In this document: positions 63,720 to 64,000 of the stretch, in pieces | Layout: every line of letters starts with the position of its first letter | Position numbering within the stretch: position 1 is the first letter of the stretch | Source: Rhodocyclaceae bacterium | GTDB lineage: Bacteria; Pseudomonadota; Gammaproteobacteria; Burkholderiales; Rhodocyclaceae | Direction: 5' to 3' | DNA: 64,000 nt | Assembly: GCA_013388985.1 (NCBI GenBank) | Contig: JACAEF010000024.1 | Span: forward strand, 8,370 to 72,369 | Program-made: the position numbers and the translations under genes | The notes under the pieces: model-generated | What the model saw: the letters and a program-made list of their open reading frames with translations, nothing else | Told to the model about the DNA's origin: nothing | The model's database searches: none

Positions 63720-64000
63720 ATGCAGGCAGACGATATGGAAGCGAAGAACGAGCTGGAGCGGAAACTGCTGGCCGCCATCGAGGGCGAGCTGTCTGCCGAA
63801 GATTTCATGCGTGAGCTGCTCACGCAGCAGATCTTCATCCCGATCAAGGACGATCGCGACAGCGGCATCGGCGGGCTCCAGCTCACCCACAAGGCGACGC
63901 CGCTGGTCGTCGAGGACGAGGCCGGCGGCAAGATCCTCGTGCTGTTCACGAGTCCGGAACGCGCGAAGGATTTTCTTGCCGACGTGCCGGGCTACAGCGG
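63720..64000 (+). CDS. SseB-family-like protein, N-terminal fragment (runs off window end)
   Basis: Manual translation: MQADDMEAKNELERKLLAAIEGELSAEDFMRELLTQQIFIPIKDD...ILVLFTSPERAKDF. The pattern resembles SseB N-domains. RBS GGAGAAG. Not in the ORF track because there is no stop within the window. Confidence 0.4.
   Translation, partial: MQADDMEAKNELERKLLAAIEGELSAEDFMRELLTQQIFIPIKDDRDSGIGGLQLTHKATPLVVEDEAGGKILVLFTSPERAKDFLADVPGYS

Overview
This is a 64-kb high-GC proteobacterial chromosome segment. Gene content and synteny look betaproteobacterial, but that is inference only. All calls rest on motif and architecture recognition by eye, because no similarity search was possible.

Left part: rnfD'CBA, a PAS/GAF/HD-GYP protein, divergent ppk/ppx, an Mla/MCE-type ABC system, and the conserved yhbY / rlmE-ftsH block.

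Middle part: ftsH is normally followed directly by folP-glmM. Here about 32 kb (15.2-47.7 kb) sits between them. It contains:
- a Mo/W-uptake module (ModE-N-like regulator, YqeB-family protein, modCBA-like genes);
- an unrecognisable 389-aa protein;
- an MgtA-type P-type ATPase;
- a periplasmic rhodanese;
- two convergent Tat-dependent molybdopterin (Mo-bisPGD) oxidoreductase operons, which are the centrepiece.

Each oxidoreductase operon has its own divergent triad of a PhnD-like periplasmic binding protein, a histidine kinase and a sigma-54 response regulator. This is the AioXSR/ArxXSR-type architecture.
- The minus-strand enzyme (A-B-C-TorD order) carries the ArxA-type TGRGWG motif plus an unusual Lys/Ala/Glu-rich insertion of about 100 aa.
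- The plus-strand enzyme (B-C-A order) has a non-canonical CxxCxxxD first-cluster motif. It is followed by a six-gene accessory tail: a TorD-like protein, DUF309-like and HisA/F-like proteins, a Cys-less rhodanese, a polyferredoxin with a zinc ribbon, and a small acidic protein.

Right part: an OsmC-like gene, folP-glmM, dgkA, a pit/DUF47 pair, a tRNA-Pro/Arg/His cluster, and a TetR-controlled fatty-acid uptake and beta-oxidation cluster (fadL, fadB-like, thiolase, CHI-like, fadD, NMO, acyl-CoA dehydrogenase).

A 24-26-bp non-palindromic repeat (GTGCCGTCCCGCCAGCGCCGACTTT) occurs 10 times, always at gene boundaries. I saw no rRNA, CRISPR array, transposase or integrase.
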